Shown here in pieces: positions 1 to 13,825 of a stretch of 64,000 bases of DNA. This DNA is from Anolis carolinensis (taxonomy: Eukaryota): positions 158,113,036 to 158,177,035 of the forward strand of contig NC_085842.1 of assembly GCF_035594765.1 (NCBI RefSeq). The letters run 5' to 3'. The notes below the pieces were generated by a model. The model searched no databases, was not told the DNA's origin, and worked only from the letters and a program-made list of their open reading frames with translations. The position numbers were made by a program, and so were the translations under genes. Positions within the stretch are counted from its first letter, which is position 1, and the number at the start of each line of letters is the position of its first letter.

Positions 1-419
1 CAACCCAATTTAACAGGAAATAAGACTTTCAAACCAGGAACAGATTTCTGCAATTATTAAAAAATGGTTCATTATAAAAGCTATGAAAATTTGCCAAAAA
101 TCAGAGGATAAGGGAAACGTTCCACATTTTGGTGAGCTATCAGTGTTAAATGTGTTCTACCACTGTACCAAGTTTGAAGAAGATCACTCAAAAAATGAGG
201 GCGGGAGAGCCCCCTAAGCCCCCCCCCCCTTCGGGCTGTTTTTGGGCCACCGCGCATGCGCGTCCGCCATTAACGAATTAATTTAGAAAATAACGAATTT
301 TCGTTAATTTCGAAAAATTTTGGGGGCCAAATTCGTTATTACCAACAAAAACGAAAAACTGCCCCCTCTAGTTTTGAAACGAGTTTAGAATCAAATTTTT
401 CATGGATCGATCAAGCCTA
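1..419. mobile_element. Probable DNA-transposon terminal fragment
   Basis: Subterminal AACGAA/TTCGTT repeats, abrupt end at ...caagccta; shares the aacaggaaataa(g/c)acttt(c/a)aa motif with the element at about 50695-51012. Confidence 0.5.
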
Positions 420-1886
420 ATAGCTACCTTACTGCATGTCCCTGTATGCACCACTTTCTCCAGGGCAAAGATCCATGTGACTCCTTGCTCAGCCGGTAGC
501 TAGGACCCAGTTTCATTCAAGCTCCCTGTGAAACTGGTCACCTGTGAATGGATGGGTCAGCTAAGAGTCTATCAGAAGAAGCACGTGTGAATTACATAAG
601 AGACCTCCTTCTTGACTACACTCCATGCAGCTATGTGAACAAAGGCAGACAAATGCCAAGAATTGGGTCAGAGAAAGCCCCCTGCTATACTTCCAGATAG
701 GCACAAGGTTGTTCAGGAGAGGTATTGAGGCCCATCAGCTTAATTATAAGGTGGCCAAAACATTTCCCGTTGTTGTTCTAAGTACTGTGGTAAGTTCACA
801 GGGCTGATATTCCTGGTGTGTCCTAAATCTATCTCATTTGAAAGTGTTTCTTTAACCTCTGTGTTCATACCACCAGTTCCATTTTGAACACATTTAATAT
901 AAAGATGCCTTTTCTCTTTCTAGACACATAAGACTTGTTTCAAATGTGTTCACCAGCACAGAAGAGCTTCTCCTTCCCTACAAACTCTGACATACTACTC
1001 TCTTGAACTTCAGATGAAAAAGCCATTAAGAATGTTGCTTCTTCATAAAAATGTTAAAAGTATAAAAAGAATAAGGAGGAATCTACTTTTAAGGAAGCGG
1101 TTATGTGAAGAGCCAAGACTTCTTTAAAAGAAATGATAATATAAATAGTGGTGTGGTAAGGGATATCCCCCTTTGGAACTTCTGTGCCCTTTATTAATTT
1201 TGTTAAATATTAAAATACACTTTTGGCACAGCAAGGTAATGTCACAGACTGTAATCACAGCAATAACTTCACAGAAGAGACTGGACATTTTCCAGATGGG
1301 AAATTTAATAATTAATATTCAACAGCCTAAGCAGAAGAGGCTTAGTAGATAAAGAATCGCTCAGAGATCTTTGAACACTTACAGAAGTAATCTCCATTAT
1401 TATCATCATCACCACCACCAGGAACTCATTTAGAATAACATTGCAGGTGATGTTCCAGAATAGGTTCCCAGAAAAACTGGCAACTCCATGTGGTAGTTTG
1501 GCATTACATTCAATTGCAAAATGTCTCCGATTGTGACAAAATCCAAAAGCTGTTCATGCGGCAGAACCAGTATATGTTCTTATCTGCAGTGTAGGTGTAG
1601 AACATCTCCCCAGATGAAACTCAAAACCTGTCTCATAGATGTCAGAACAATATTCTAAATATAACATAATCTATTTTTTTAAAGTTAAATACAGGCTGCT
1701 GCCAAAATCAAATGCAGTTACCCATCAGGAGTTATAATTTTGCACCAATCAATCTGCTAAATTTACAAGCAGCTGTTTATGCAGCTTCATCACTACCTAA
1801 ATCTATATGTTACACTTGGATGGATACACTATGAATGCCATGGCTTTAGCTCTTAAACAAAAAAAAAGGCTTTCATTACTTTGGAA

Positions 1887-2369
1887 TGTTGTTGTTTATT
1901 CGTTCAGTCCCTTCCTACTCTTCGTGACCTCATGGACCAGCCCAGGCCAGAGTTCCCAGTCAGCCATTGCTCCTTCAAGGTAAATCCAGTCACTTCAACG
2001 ATCACATCCATCCATCTTGCCCTTGGCCGACCCCTTTTCCTTTTTCCTTCCATTTTCCGCACCATCATTCTCTTCTCCAAGCTTTCCTGTCTTCTCATGA
2101 TGGGGGTCAAAGTACTTCATCTTTGCCTCTAATATCCTTCCAGTGAGCAGCCGGGCATTATTTCCTGGAGGATGGACTGGTTGGATCTTCTTGCGGTCCA
2201 AGGCACTCTCAGGGTTTTCCTACAGCACCAAAGTTCAAAAGCATCTATCTTTCTTCACTCAGCCTTCCTTATGGTCCAGCTCTCACATCCATAGGTTACT
2301 ACGGGGAATATCATTGCTCTAACTATGTGTTGCCAGTGAGATGTCTCTACTTTTCACTATTTTATCGGA
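1887..2369 (-). mobile_element. RTE/BovB LINE 3' fragment
   Basis: Minus translation IMRRQESLEKRMMVRKMEGKRKRGRPRARWMD, typical of the RTE C-terminus; (CAA)n tail. Confidence 0.85.
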
Positions 2370-2912
2370 ATATTTGGAATACTAATATCAAAATGAATTT
2401 AGAGTTATACACTGACTAATTAGGTTTGGACACAAAACAGAAACACTCTGCTAATTCATATTAGCGATGTAAGCCAATTTAACAAATGAGACAGAAGCTC
2501 CTTTTTATGAAGATGTTTTTATGCCCATCCAGATCTGTTTTTCACCTAGTTCTTCTCTAGCTGGAAAGTTTTAGAGGCATCAGCAGTGAGGCAGTGTTGA
2601 ATTGTTATTGCTCCAATTCATCTACTCAGTGAACCCAAAACAGTTATTCAAATAATTTTTATTTGCAAACTTTAAATGACACACACCCTTCTACTTTACA
2701 ATATTGACAATCTACATCTCTTCTTCCCTGCAACACAGTTACTGACAATGTTGATTTTATTCAGTCACTCGCACATTTATTTTTTAAATGGTTTATATCC
2801 ATGTTAGAATAGTTTCAGAATTTTTAATAAATTCATTCTGCTTGGGAGAATGGCAATATTTAAAAACAGGATGAACCTGCATCCTTTACCTTCAACAATA
2901 ATATGGTGGAGG

Positions 2913-3176
2913 CAGGCCCGTAGCCAGGATTTTGATTCGGGGGGGGGGGGGGGGCTGAGTCTGAGTGAGAGAGGATCTACCCTAGCAAACCTTTTGTATC
3001 ATTATCCCAATACCCCCATGCATATGGGCTATATTGAGCATGATGATCAGATCATGATATGAATAAACATAACAGTTTAAATAATAAATGTAAGGCCTTC
3101 TTGCGGACCACCCTGAGAATCGGGGGGGGGGGGGGGCTGAAGCCCCTCAAACACCCCCCCCCCCGCTACATGCCTG
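2913..3176. mobile_element. hAT-type MITE
   Basis: CAGGCCCGTAG...CTACATGCCTG termini; 8-bp TSD GGTGGAGG/GGTCGAGG. Confidence 0.75.
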
Positions 3177-3379
3177 GGTCGAGGTAATTATAGGAGATGT
3201 GGCTTGAATAATAACCTATGCTTGCTGAAATGTATTCTTACTTTTCCTGTGGCCACCCTAGGATGAGAATGGTAGCAAGACATTCCACTGGCTTTGATTT
3301 CATTGTAGTTAAGAGTAACTAGAATATACAATAAAAATTTGTCATTAAAAAATATGCTCCTTTTCCCTCTTCTCCCAAT

Positions 3380-3381
<2 letters not shown>

Positions 3382-3414
<33 letters not shown>
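3382..3414. repeat. (TG)n microsatellite
   Basis: Direct read. Confidence 0.95.
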
Positions 3415-3415
<1 letters not shown>

Positions 3416-4331
3416 GAGGATTTTAAAATGACTGCCAGAGAGCTAGAACTTTGTTGTTTCTTATGTTTCAACACCACTTTGGAAGCCTTCATTGACTGAT
3501 AGATATGAGTTGAAAAAATAAAACAAATATTTATCCACCTCCAATGCACTTCCTTTTATAAGCCATACCAGATAGCTAGAGAAAATCTGTTTACCTTTTT
3601 TGCTGTCCTACGTTTGTAACTGGGGCCATACACACACCTCTTTACAACCTAGCAAAAATGCAAACACATTTAAAAAATAATGTTCACTCCGAAACTCACT
3701 TTCTAGACCAGACATGTTCTATATGATTTTCTAGGAAAGGAGAAGGCACATGCCTCACCCAAAGTGAACTATAATTTAACACTGGAAAGCAGAAGGCACA
3801 TCTGTCTAATCCAAGTGTAAACTCACTCTGTGCTGAATGGAAGTTACATTAATAACTAAGTGCCAGTCGATATTACAAATACAAACTCAGGCAGAAGTGT
3901 TCAAAGGAGATGAAACTAAGAGCTCAGTTAAACTGACTTGCAAACACAGAGAAAGCCCATTTTAATAAATAATGAAAATTAAGCAAGCAGCAATTAAGAT
4001 ACATAGTAATCATATGGAGAGATAAAAAGTCATACAAGACATGGAAAAAAACCCACTTCATTTTCCAAAGGGTTGAACATGCTAAGTCTCAATGGGCAAA
4101 AGTGATATCTTGTGGTACACAAATAACAAGGAGAAATGTCAGAACATCTCACTTGATAATATTATATAATAATAATAATATAATATATTGTATATACATG
4201 TAATATTAATAATAGTATGATATAATACAGTGTAATAATTATAATTCACTATTATAATTGTATATTTATATTACATGCAATATTACTAATAATATTGCAA
4301 TATAGTTGTATAATATAATATATTGTATGTA

Positions 4332-4654
4332 CAGTAGAGTCTCACTTATCCAACATAAACGGGCCGGCAGAATGTTGGATAAGCGAATATGTTGGATAAT
4401 AAGGAGGCATTAAGGAAAAGCCTATTAAACATCAAATCAGGTTATGATTTTACAAATTAAGCACCAAAACATCAGGTTATACAACAAATTTGGCAGAAAA
4501 AGTAGTTCAATACGCAGTAATGTTATGTTGTAATTACTGTATTTATGAATTTAGCACCAAAATATCACAATGTATTGAAAACACTGACTACAAAAATGCA
4601 TTGGATAATCCAGAATGTTGGATAAGCGAGTGTTGGATAAGTGAGACTCTACTG
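4332..4654. mobile_element. Tc1/mariner (Tigger-like) MITE
   Basis: TIR CAGTAGAGTCTCACTTATCCAAC, TA target duplication. Confidence 0.85.
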
Positions 4655-4929
4655 TATAGGTACTTGTAAACCTTTCAGGGTGAGAAGGGCGGGATATAAA
4701 TGTTGCTAATAAATAAATAATGTCATGTTGCCTCATTAACTTCCACCCAAGGAGTTAATGTGTCCTTTCTTTTTGGCCTAAGCAACTACATCCATTAAAA
4801 CTGATTTCCCCTGTCCTGTATCCCTCAGTTGAAAGTAGCACTTCCAGAAAATGGATATCTTTCTAAGAATAAGCTGATCACCAAGGGTGCCCTTATGTAC
4901 TGTACAATTCATGTAGTTTGACAATAATT

Positions 4930-5465
4930 ATAGAATCATAATCGGAAGAGACCTCATGGGCCATCCAGTCCAACCCCCTGCCAAGAAGCAGGAAAATCGC
5001 ATTCAAAGCACCCCCGACAGATGGCCATCTAGCCTCTGCTTAAAAGCCTCCAAAGAAGGAGCCTCCACCACACAGAGTTCCACTGCTGAACAGTGAGGAA
5101 GTTCTTCCTGAGGTTCAGGTGGAACCTCCTTCCCTGTAGTTTGAAGCCCTTGTTCCGTGTCCTAGTCTCCAGGGCAGCAGAAAACAAGCTTGCTCCCTCC
5201 TCATGACTTCCCTTCACATATTTATACATGGCTATCATGTCTCCGCTCAGCTTTCTCTTCTGCAGGCTAAACATGCCCAGCTCTTTAAGCCACTCCTCAT
5301 AGGGCTTAAACCCTATGAACATTTTAGTCGGCCTCCTCTGGACACATTCCAGCTTGACATCTCCCTTCAATTGCGGTGCCCAGAATAGGGCACAGTGTGA
5401 TTCCAGGTGCGGTCTGACCAAGGCAGAATACAGGGGGAACATGCCTTCCTTGGCCTTAGACACTT
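4930..5465 (-). mobile_element. CR1 LINE 3' fragment
   Basis: ORF 5029..5472 LYSALVRPHLE...LECVQRR...LKELGMFSLQKR...RKNFLTV; ATTCTAT-type 3' tail. Confidence 0.9.
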
Positions 5466-5639
5466 GAACCACTCGATTCAGTGCAATGAAATCATGGAAG
5501 TTGTCCTTTTACAAGGCCTCTAGCCTTCTCTCCAAAAGAGTGCTGGTGCCTGACCAATCTGCAAATCTCATCTTGAGGCAAGGCATATACGAGGCAGAGC
5601 CCCCTTCGCCCCCCCCTCCCTCCACCCCAAAAAAAAAAC

Positions 5640-5835
5640 AAAACCCCGGCTGGCCACGTGGGCGGAAAGCGTTGGCAGGCTTCAGCCGACGCACGTGGAG
5701 GCTGGGGCTTGAAAGGGATTGGATGCTCCGCCAGATTCGGCATCACGTGACGCGGCCGCCCTCTCGCGGGTGAGGAAAAGCAGCCGGCGAGGCCACGTGA
5801 CCGGCTCAGAGAAGCCGGCGAAGCCACGTGATGGG
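5640..5835. promoter_or_regulatory. CpG-rich element with five canonical E-boxes
   Basis: CACGTG at 5655, 5692, 5744, 5794, 5825; ATTGG (reverse CCAAT) at about 5718. Confidence 0.7.
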
Positions 5836-6895
5836 GATGGAAGTAAAGCTTGCCCCTCCGAACCCAAGAAACAACCACTGCCTCTTGAAAGAACCAGCGC
5901 TTCCATGCCCTGAGGTTCTAATTAAAGGAGCATTGCCTCCTGCCTCCCTTGGAGACACCTTGCGAGCTCGCGCACATTTCCAGGTTCCCTTAACACGAGT
6001 CTGGGTGCTTCTTCAGGTAGAATGATTGCAGCGGGGCATCATTTGAACGGCCATGGCAAAATGCTGTAGAACAATGGAGACTGTAGTTTTTTAAGGCGCC
6101 AGCACTCTTTGGCAGAGAAGGCAAAAGACATTGCAAAACTACAACTCCCAGGATTCCATAGCACTGCACTTTGGCAGTTCACACTGCGTCAAACTGCATC
6201 ACTTCTACACTGTAGATCAGGCATGGGCAAACTTTGGCCCTCCAGGTGTTTTGGATTTCAACTCATACAATTGTGGGAGTTGAATCCGAAACACCTGGAG
6301 GGCCAAAGTTTGCCCATGCCTGGTGTTGATGCACCCCTTAACTCTTGGGCCCGCAGAACATTTGTAAACCCTCCAGCAATGCAGTTCTCCACAGAAGTGG
6401 CTCTCAGACTTCAGATTTTTGGGGGGACTTCAGCCTCCAAAAGCCCCAGCTGCCCTGGCAAACGAACAGAAATCCTGGGCACTAAAGTCCAAAAAAAATA
6501 GCCTCAAAGTTTAAAAACAGATCAGCTCTGTAGCTCTCTCACTGAAGTCAATGAGACGAAAAACTGTAGATAGGCGTAAATACTACCGGCAGTCCTGATC
6601 TCATTGGATTCTGTTTTTGTGCAGCTTTTATAACTGAATGGATCCCAACCTGTACAAGGTCTCTTTCTAACTCTGGGTTATGTGCCCCCAAATCAGTCCT
6701 GACTTAAGGCAACCCTAAGGCAAACCCTTTGCAAGGTTTTCTGAGGCTGAGAGTGTGTGACTCTCCCAAGGTCACCCAGTAGGTTCCCATGTCTGAGCAA
6801 GGAATCAAGCTCTCGATTCCAGTTGTAGCCCAATGCTCAAACAATTACACACTGTTAGTTCGCCTTCCAGTGCTACTAACACTTTTAAAATATAC

Positions 6896-7228
6896 AGGCA
6901 GTTCCGGAGTTACAAACATCTGACTCACAAATGACTCATAGTTAAGATTTTTCAAAATCGAATAATCACAGGGACAGAAAGTGAGGTGAAATTTTACAGG
7001 GGCACAAATAGCAAAACAAACACCACAGGAATATTAACCCTTCCCTTGCTATATTATTCCAGCCAGGTGTCTTCATCCAAAACAAACAAACAAACATACA
7101 TATGTGTGTGTGTGTGTGGCTGGAGTTACACTTTAAAAAAAATGTACCTGTTCCGACTTACATACAAATTTGACTTAAAAGAACAAACCTACAGAACCTT
7201 TCTTGTTCCTAACTTGGGGACTCCCTGT
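6896..7228. mobile_element. Tigger-like MITE
   Basis: TA-CAGGCAGTTCCGGAGTTAC...TAACTTGGGGACTCCCTG-TA degenerate TIRs. Confidence 0.6.
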
Positions 7229-8287
7229 ACTATTCACTTCAAGCACACTGTTACAAATGTATACATAAAGATCTCCATCAATGTCACTTTTAGAACCACC
7301 CTTGTTGGAGTGGGAACATTTCTCTCAATCTGCAATATATTTCTGTTCCTCTTCCTTGCCAAACATTATCTGTAGCCTAGGAACACAGAACTAAGGAAAG
7401 TATATTCACATATTTTCATAGTATATTCCATAGAGACTGGAAATAAGCAATCACTGCCACACAGAGGAAATGAAATAACAAGTGAGAGGCAGACACACAA
7501 AATGAGTTACAAGAGTTAACAGTAGCCACAAGTTCCAAGGAATACTTTATATCCCAGGTATACTAGTTGAGAGTGCCACAGGATGTGTGAAATTGTCACT
7601 ATACCTATCAGCAATTGCAATTTGCCCAGACAGCATGAGAATCTAGTACCTGATACAGATAAAATTTTACTCGATGGGACTTAAAGTTTTAAGTTAGACA
7701 TAAACTTCACAGTTCACTCCTATATACACATTTACTTATAAGTGCCACTGTATACCATGAAATAAACTTACTTTCCAGTAGATATAGGACAGAAACTTGA
7801 ATAACTAAAATTTTGGTTAGAAAAGGTAACTGTTTAAAAAACCTGGCTTTCAGTTCAGGGGATATGAATGGACAAGCAGAGTATTCCTTCAAGTATTGGT
7901 CCAGTGTTAAAATCACTACTTTTTCTCATACATTGAGGTCCCCTGTCCACAGTGTCCCTATCACAAACAGATCCATCAGCATATTCTCAGGGATATTTGT
8001 AGCCCTGCTAGATATCCAAACCACTTCAACACTAGAAGAAACTGCAGACATTTGCTACCATGGCATTGTCATTCCTGTGTTCTGAATGCCTGTGTACTGA
8101 TTTGATTAGGATTGGAAAGATGTAGGTTCATCTCCCAGTTTAACTATGAGGGACATTGGTTCAGTTATATTTTTTCAGGCAAATTATCTTAACATGATGT
8201 TGTGAAGATAATGAAAGAGAAGGCTTATAAATCACTTGAGCTCCTTGGAGGAAACATAGAATATAAGCAATGAACCATTCCTTAGGC

Positions 8288-9423
8288 CAGGGGTCCTCAA
8301 ACTTTTAAAGCAGAGGGCCGGTCCACAATCCTTCAGACTGTTGAGGGGCCGAATTATCATTAGAAGAAGAAGAAAAAAACAAATTCCTATGCACACTGCA
8401 CGTCTTATTTGTAGTGTAAAACAACAACAATAACAATGAAAGACCAATACAATATTTAAAAATGAAAATAATTTTAACCAACATAAACCTATCAGGATTT
8501 CAACAGGAAGTGTGGGCCTGCTTCTGGCCAATGAGATAGTCAGGATAATTAGGATTGTTGTTGTTGTTGTCGTGTGTCTTCAAGTCATGTCAGACTTTGG
8601 GTGAGCCTAAGTCCAAAATTATTTATTCATTCATTTACTACATTTATTTACTACATTTATATCCCGCCCTTCTCACCCCAAAGGGAACTCAGAGCAGCTG
8701 TATGTACATACAATATATTATATTATTAGCATAGCACAATATTAGCATTATATATTACTATATTGAACTATACCACTATACTGTAATATTATATGTAATA
8801 TATAACATATAATTAATATTATTATATGGTAATATTATTAGTATTAATAATACTACCATACCCTGCTCTCAGTCCCGCCTGCCTCACAGGCACGGCTGGT
8901 GGGGACAAGGGACAGGGCCTTCTCGGTGGTGGCTCCCCGGCTGTGGAACACCCTCCCCAGAGAAATACGGCAAGCCCCAACCCTTTTGAGTTTTAGAAAA
9001 GCCCTGAAAACATGGCTATGTGCCCAGGCTTTTGAAGATTAAACGATAATGACGACCCGGACTGATTTACGGCTAGAGCACGAGGATTTTGGAGGAATGG
9101 ATTTTAATCATATGTTTTTATATTTTTTATATTGTTTTAATTGTTTTATTGGATTTTTATAGCTGTTTTAATTATGTATAGGCATCGAATTGTTGCCAAT
9201 TTTGTACGCCGCCCTGAGTCCCTTCGGGTGAGAAGGGCGGGATATAAATGTTGGAAATAAATAAATAAATAAAATGATATTATTATCAATATCATATGTA
9301 TATACAATATATTATATTATTAAAACTGATATAAAAATATTATATTATAAATGAAGGCGGGAGCCAGGTAAATGACCTTGGAGGGCTGCATCCGGCTCCC
9401 GGGCCTTAGTTTGGGGACCCCTG
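8288..9423. mobile_element. Non-autonomous hAT (Charlie-type) element with nested L2 3' fragment (about 8860-9273)
   Basis: TIR CAGGGGTCCTCAAACT/AGTTTGGGGACCCCTG; perfect 8-bp TSD CCTTAGGC. Confidence 0.85.
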
Positions 9424-10572
9424 CCTTAGGCGGTAGATTTCAACCTAGACAGGGAAGAGTTCTGTCAAAGCAATGCACATCCAGGCAAAACTTTTTATTT
9501 GTCTAATACTGTACTTGTACAGCTTCAGCATCCCTTATCTGGAACTCCAAAATCTGAAATTGTCCTTATGGGTGGCCAAGATATGACACTTCTGCTTTCT
9601 GAAGGTGCAATGTACACATACTTTATTTCATGCACAAAACCATTTAAAATACAGTATTGTGTATAGTTAGCTTCAGACTATTTGTATGAAAAATCCATCA
9701 ATTCTGTGATTAGATTTGGGTTGCAACAACATATATCATTATCTACATTGATGCAAATACAGATATTTCAAAATCTGCAGAAAACCCAGAAATGGCTCCC
9801 AGGGCAAAAATCTTCCGACGGGACCAAGGAAAAGTTGTGGTCCCAATGATTGTAACAGCAAAACAACTGTTGTTTTGACTGACTTGCTTTTATGTTATTC
9901 TTAAATTACATTTGCTTTCAAAGTATATATTATTACTGTCTGTTGTGCTGAACACCACTACAGGAAGGAAAAGATCAGCTGTTGTTAACTGCTGTCAAGC
10001 TGACTTTACCTTATAGCAACATTTATCATGAGAGAGCTCCAAGGTGGGATATACATTTAATAAAACTATACTATCATCTGTCTCCAAATGATGGAAACAT
10101 TAACAACTTGGGTGAACTGGGGCAGGGGAAAGAATGAAAACAATAAATCATTTTAACTTTAATAGCCAGAAGGGCTTCAGTATTGGAAGGTGGAGTGCAA
10201 ATCTGCACAAAACTGCAGTGTATAGACCATAGCCCTCAGTATACTCATCTCAAACTAACTGCTAAGAGGACAGTCATAGGACTCTGCAGCAAAAGAACCA
10301 TGAAGTGGCTTTGAAAATTATGAAACACCGTGAGACTATTTTTTATATTTCTCAACAATCCTCACATTAAGTCACAATCAAAATACAAAATAGTAATATA
10401 AGCTAGTACTAGTAGCTGTATCGACACTTCTAAAACTGATTCTACAAAGTATACATAGTGATGGAAGCTCTCATTTCATAGAATCATAGAATCGTAGAGT
10501 TGGAAGAGACCTCATGGGCCATTCAGTCCAACCCCCTGCAAGAGTAAAGAGAATATGTATACAGTGTAAGAT

Positions 10573-10893
10573 AAAGGTAAAGGTTTCCCCTAACGTTAAG
10601 TCATGTCTGACTCTGGGGGTTGGTGCTCATCTCCATTTCTAAGCCGAAGAGCCGGCGTTGTCCATAGACACCTCCAAGGTCATGTGGCCGGCTTGACTAC
10701 ATCGAGCGCCGTTACCTTCCCGCCGGAGCGGTACCTATTGATCTACTCACATTGGCATGTTTTTGAACTGCTAGGTTGGCAGAAGCTGGAGCAACAGCGG
10801 GCGCTCACTCCGCTTCCGGGATTTGAACCTGGGACCTTTCGGTCTGCAAGTTCAGCAGCTCAGTGCTTTAACACACTTCGCCACCGGGGCTCC
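10573..10893 (-). mobile_element. Sauria SINE
   Basis: tRNA-like head GGAGCCCCGGTGGCG..., (ACCTTT)n tail, flanking repeat ATGTATACAGT. Confidence 0.9.
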
Positions 10894-10900
10894 ATGTATA

Positions 10901-11223
10901 CAGTAGAGTCTCACTTATCCAAGCCTCCCTTATCCAAGCTTCTGGATTATCCAAGCCATTTTTGTAGTCAATGTTTTCAATATATCGTGATATTTTGGTG
11001 CTAAATTTGTAAATACAGTAATTACAAGATAACATTCCTGTGTATTGAACTACCTTTTCTGTCAAATTTGTTGTATAACATGATGTTTTGGTGCTTAATT
11101 TGTAAAATCATAACCTAATTTGATGTTTAATAGGCTTTTCCTTAATCCCTTCTTATTATTCAAGATATTCACTTATCCAAGCTTCTTCTGGCCCATTTAG
11201 CTTGGATAAGTGAGACTCTACTA
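10901..11223. mobile_element. Tigger-like MITE (same family as 4332-4654)
   Basis: TIR CAGTAGAGTCTCACTTATCCAAGC. Confidence 0.85.
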
Positions 11224-11359
11224 TACTTTGGGGAAATACAATGAAGTAGTACCTTTCAAAAAAGACATCTGGATCCTCTGAAACAAATCGGTAACTGGGA
11301 AACATTTTTTAAATGATACTGTAAGGAATCATTTAAAAAAGGAACAGATATATGTTATA

Positions 11360-11681
11360 GGTTAGGTAGGGGTAAAAGATTTTCCCCTGACGTTAAGTCC
11401 AGTTGTGACCGACTCTGGGGGTTGGTGTTCATCTCCATTTCTAAGCCGAAGAGCCGGCGTTGTCCATGTGGCCGGCATGACTGCATGGAGCGCCGTTACC
11501 TTCCTGCCAGAATGGTAAATATTGATCTACTCACATTGGCATGTTTTCGAACTGCTAGGTTGGCAGGAGCTGGGGCTAACAGCGGGCGCTCATTCCGCTC
11601 CTGGGATTTGAACCTGGGACCTTTCGGTCTGCAAGTTCAGCAGCTCAGCACTTTAACACACTGTGCCACCACCGGGGCCCT
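11360..11681 (-). mobile_element. Sauria SINE
   Basis: Homologous to 10573-10893; TSD AGATATATGTTATA. Confidence 0.9.
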
Positions 11682-12579
11682 AGATATATGTTATATTATA
11701 ATATTTAAGAAGGTAGTTATATGACTTACTTCCACTATAAAGAACAGGGAAGGAGGGGTAAGAAAATGAGTTTTGTCTTTCCTTGGAGATTAAGTGATTT
11801 ATTTAAACTGGTGTAATTCACAGATTATCATCCACTTTCTCAAATCGACTGCTCCATTTATAATCCTGCATCAGGTATACATGCACAGTTGCATAATTTG
11901 GAGGAATTCAACAGAAAAAGGATACTAATGAGTACAACTGTCACACTGATACAACTACCTTCCTGCATATTTATACCTGAGGTTTTTTTTTTTATCGTGT
12001 CAGAAACTACTTAAGAACATACTGCAAAGCGCTTCTGGTGTGAGAGAATTGCCTGTCTACAGAGATGTTGCCTAGGAGACATCGGTAGGCTGTTAGGAAT
12101 TGTGGAAGTCGAAGTCCAAAACATCGGGAGGGCCAAAGTTTGCCCATGCCTGGTATAGATGCATCCTTAGGATACTTGTAAAGACTTTATAGTTGCTTGT
12201 TTCCTTCCAGGAGCCCTTGAAGAATTATACAGAAGTGGAACTTTTATTTGTTGTTAAAAAATAAAAACACCCGACCTCTAGTAAATGGGCCCTTTAACCG
12301 CAATGCCTGCCACAAATAACTGCCCTCACCACAATAAACAATAATAACAATGCAGGGGGGGTATCTGGAACTTTAACCATAATGTCCCAACTTACTGCCT
12401 TCACAATAAATAATAATAAATAATATAAATAATAAATCAACAATAACAATAATGCAAGGGAGGTTATCTGACCCTTTAACCACAATACCTGCCAAAGGGA
12501 CTCATTGATTCCTGAAGTAAATACCACAGCCAACATCAACAACAACGTTTCGTAAGAAGGGAGGCGGAAAGTGCTCTCC

Positions 12580-12870
12580 TTACCTCGAATCACCTTGCGC
12601 TCTTTCGAGTGACACCGGCAACACAGGACACCTGCGAGGTTACCCAAGTGTGTGCTTGCTCAAGGCCAATCTTTCCTCGATCTCAATGTTTGTTCAAGGC
12701 GAGCCTTTCCCTGGTCCCTCTGCAAACTGCAAGGCAAGGACTGAGGCGGGCAAGCGAAGCTGGCGCTTGAAATTGTAAGGGAGCGTCCGCTGAAGTGAAG
12801 CGGCTCCACCGCGGGAGCCAATGGGAGCGCGCCGGAAGTGACGCAAGGGGAGACCATTTTTTTAAAAACC
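12580..12870 (-). promoter_or_regulatory. CpG-rich promoter-like patch (ETS-CRE composite, CCAAT) with candidate minus-strand first-exon donor
   Basis: CCGGAAGTGACGCAA at 12832-12846, CCAAT at 12818; minus-strand donor GAG|gtaagg at 12584/12583. Confidence 0.6.
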
Positions 12871-12971
12871 CCAGAGGAGATCGCCTCCCTGGGAAACCAG
12901 ACCTCGATCACTCATCTTTATCACTCACTTTGAATTATAAACCAGCTGACAGGCGGGAGTGGTATCACACT

Positions 12972-13825
12972 GTTCTGGGTTGCTGTGAGTTTTCCGGGCT
13001 GTCTGGCCATGTTCCAGAAGCATTTTCTCCTGACGTTTTGCCTGTATCTATGGCAGGCATCCTCGGAGGTTGTAAGGTCTGTTGGAAACTAGGCAAGTGG
13101 AGTTTATATATCTGTGGAAGGTCCAGGGTGGGGGAAAGAACTCTTGTCTGTTTGAGGTTGGTGTGAATGTTTCAATTGGCCACTTTGATTAGCATTTAAT
13201 AGCCTTGCAGCTTCCAAGCCTGGCTGCTTAGTGCCTGGGGGAATCCCTTGTTGGAAGGATTGTTTCTGGCCCTGATTGTTTCCTCAGCTAAGCAATAATA
13301 CACTACAGTGGATTATAGCAGATTTCAGTGGTTTCTCTGTGTAGTCTGACATGGTGGTTGTTAGAGCGGTCCGGTATTTCTGTGTTCCCAGATAATATGC
13401 TGTGTCCAGGTTGGTTCAGACTATACAGAGAAGCCACTGAAATCCATAAGTATGTGGACAATTTTAACAGAAAGGAGGAAACCATGAACATGTACAAAAT
13501 CTGGCTACCAGTATTAAAAAAACTCTAAAATTAGGACAGTAAATAAAAAACAACACTCTGAGAACAGGGGAATGCCAGACAGGAAACAATCAGGGGCAGC
13601 TAACACCTCTCAACAATGGATTGAAGCTGCAAGGCCATTCAATGCTAATCAAGGTGGCCAATTGCAACATTCACGCTGGCCTCAAACAGACAAGAATTCA
13701 TTCTCCCACCCTGGACCTTCCACAGATACATAAACCCCACTTGCCTAGTTTCCAACAGACCTCACAACCTCTGAGGATGCTTCTGGAACATGGCCATACA
13801 AGCTGGAAAACTCACAGCAACCCGT
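12972..13825. mobile_element. Penelope-like element with inverted (tail-to-tail) pLTR arrangement
   Basis: About 13060-13285 is the inverted counterpart of about 13575-13780; REATEIHKYVDNFNRKEE endonuclease C-terminus; degenerate hammerhead at about 13029-13069. Confidence 0.8.

Noticed and set aside
250-263. NRF1-like palindrome CGCGCATGCGCG
   Set aside because: Lies within a probable transposon fragment with no promoter context
10790-10893. tRNA-like A/B boxes
   Set aside because: SINE heads, not tRNA genes
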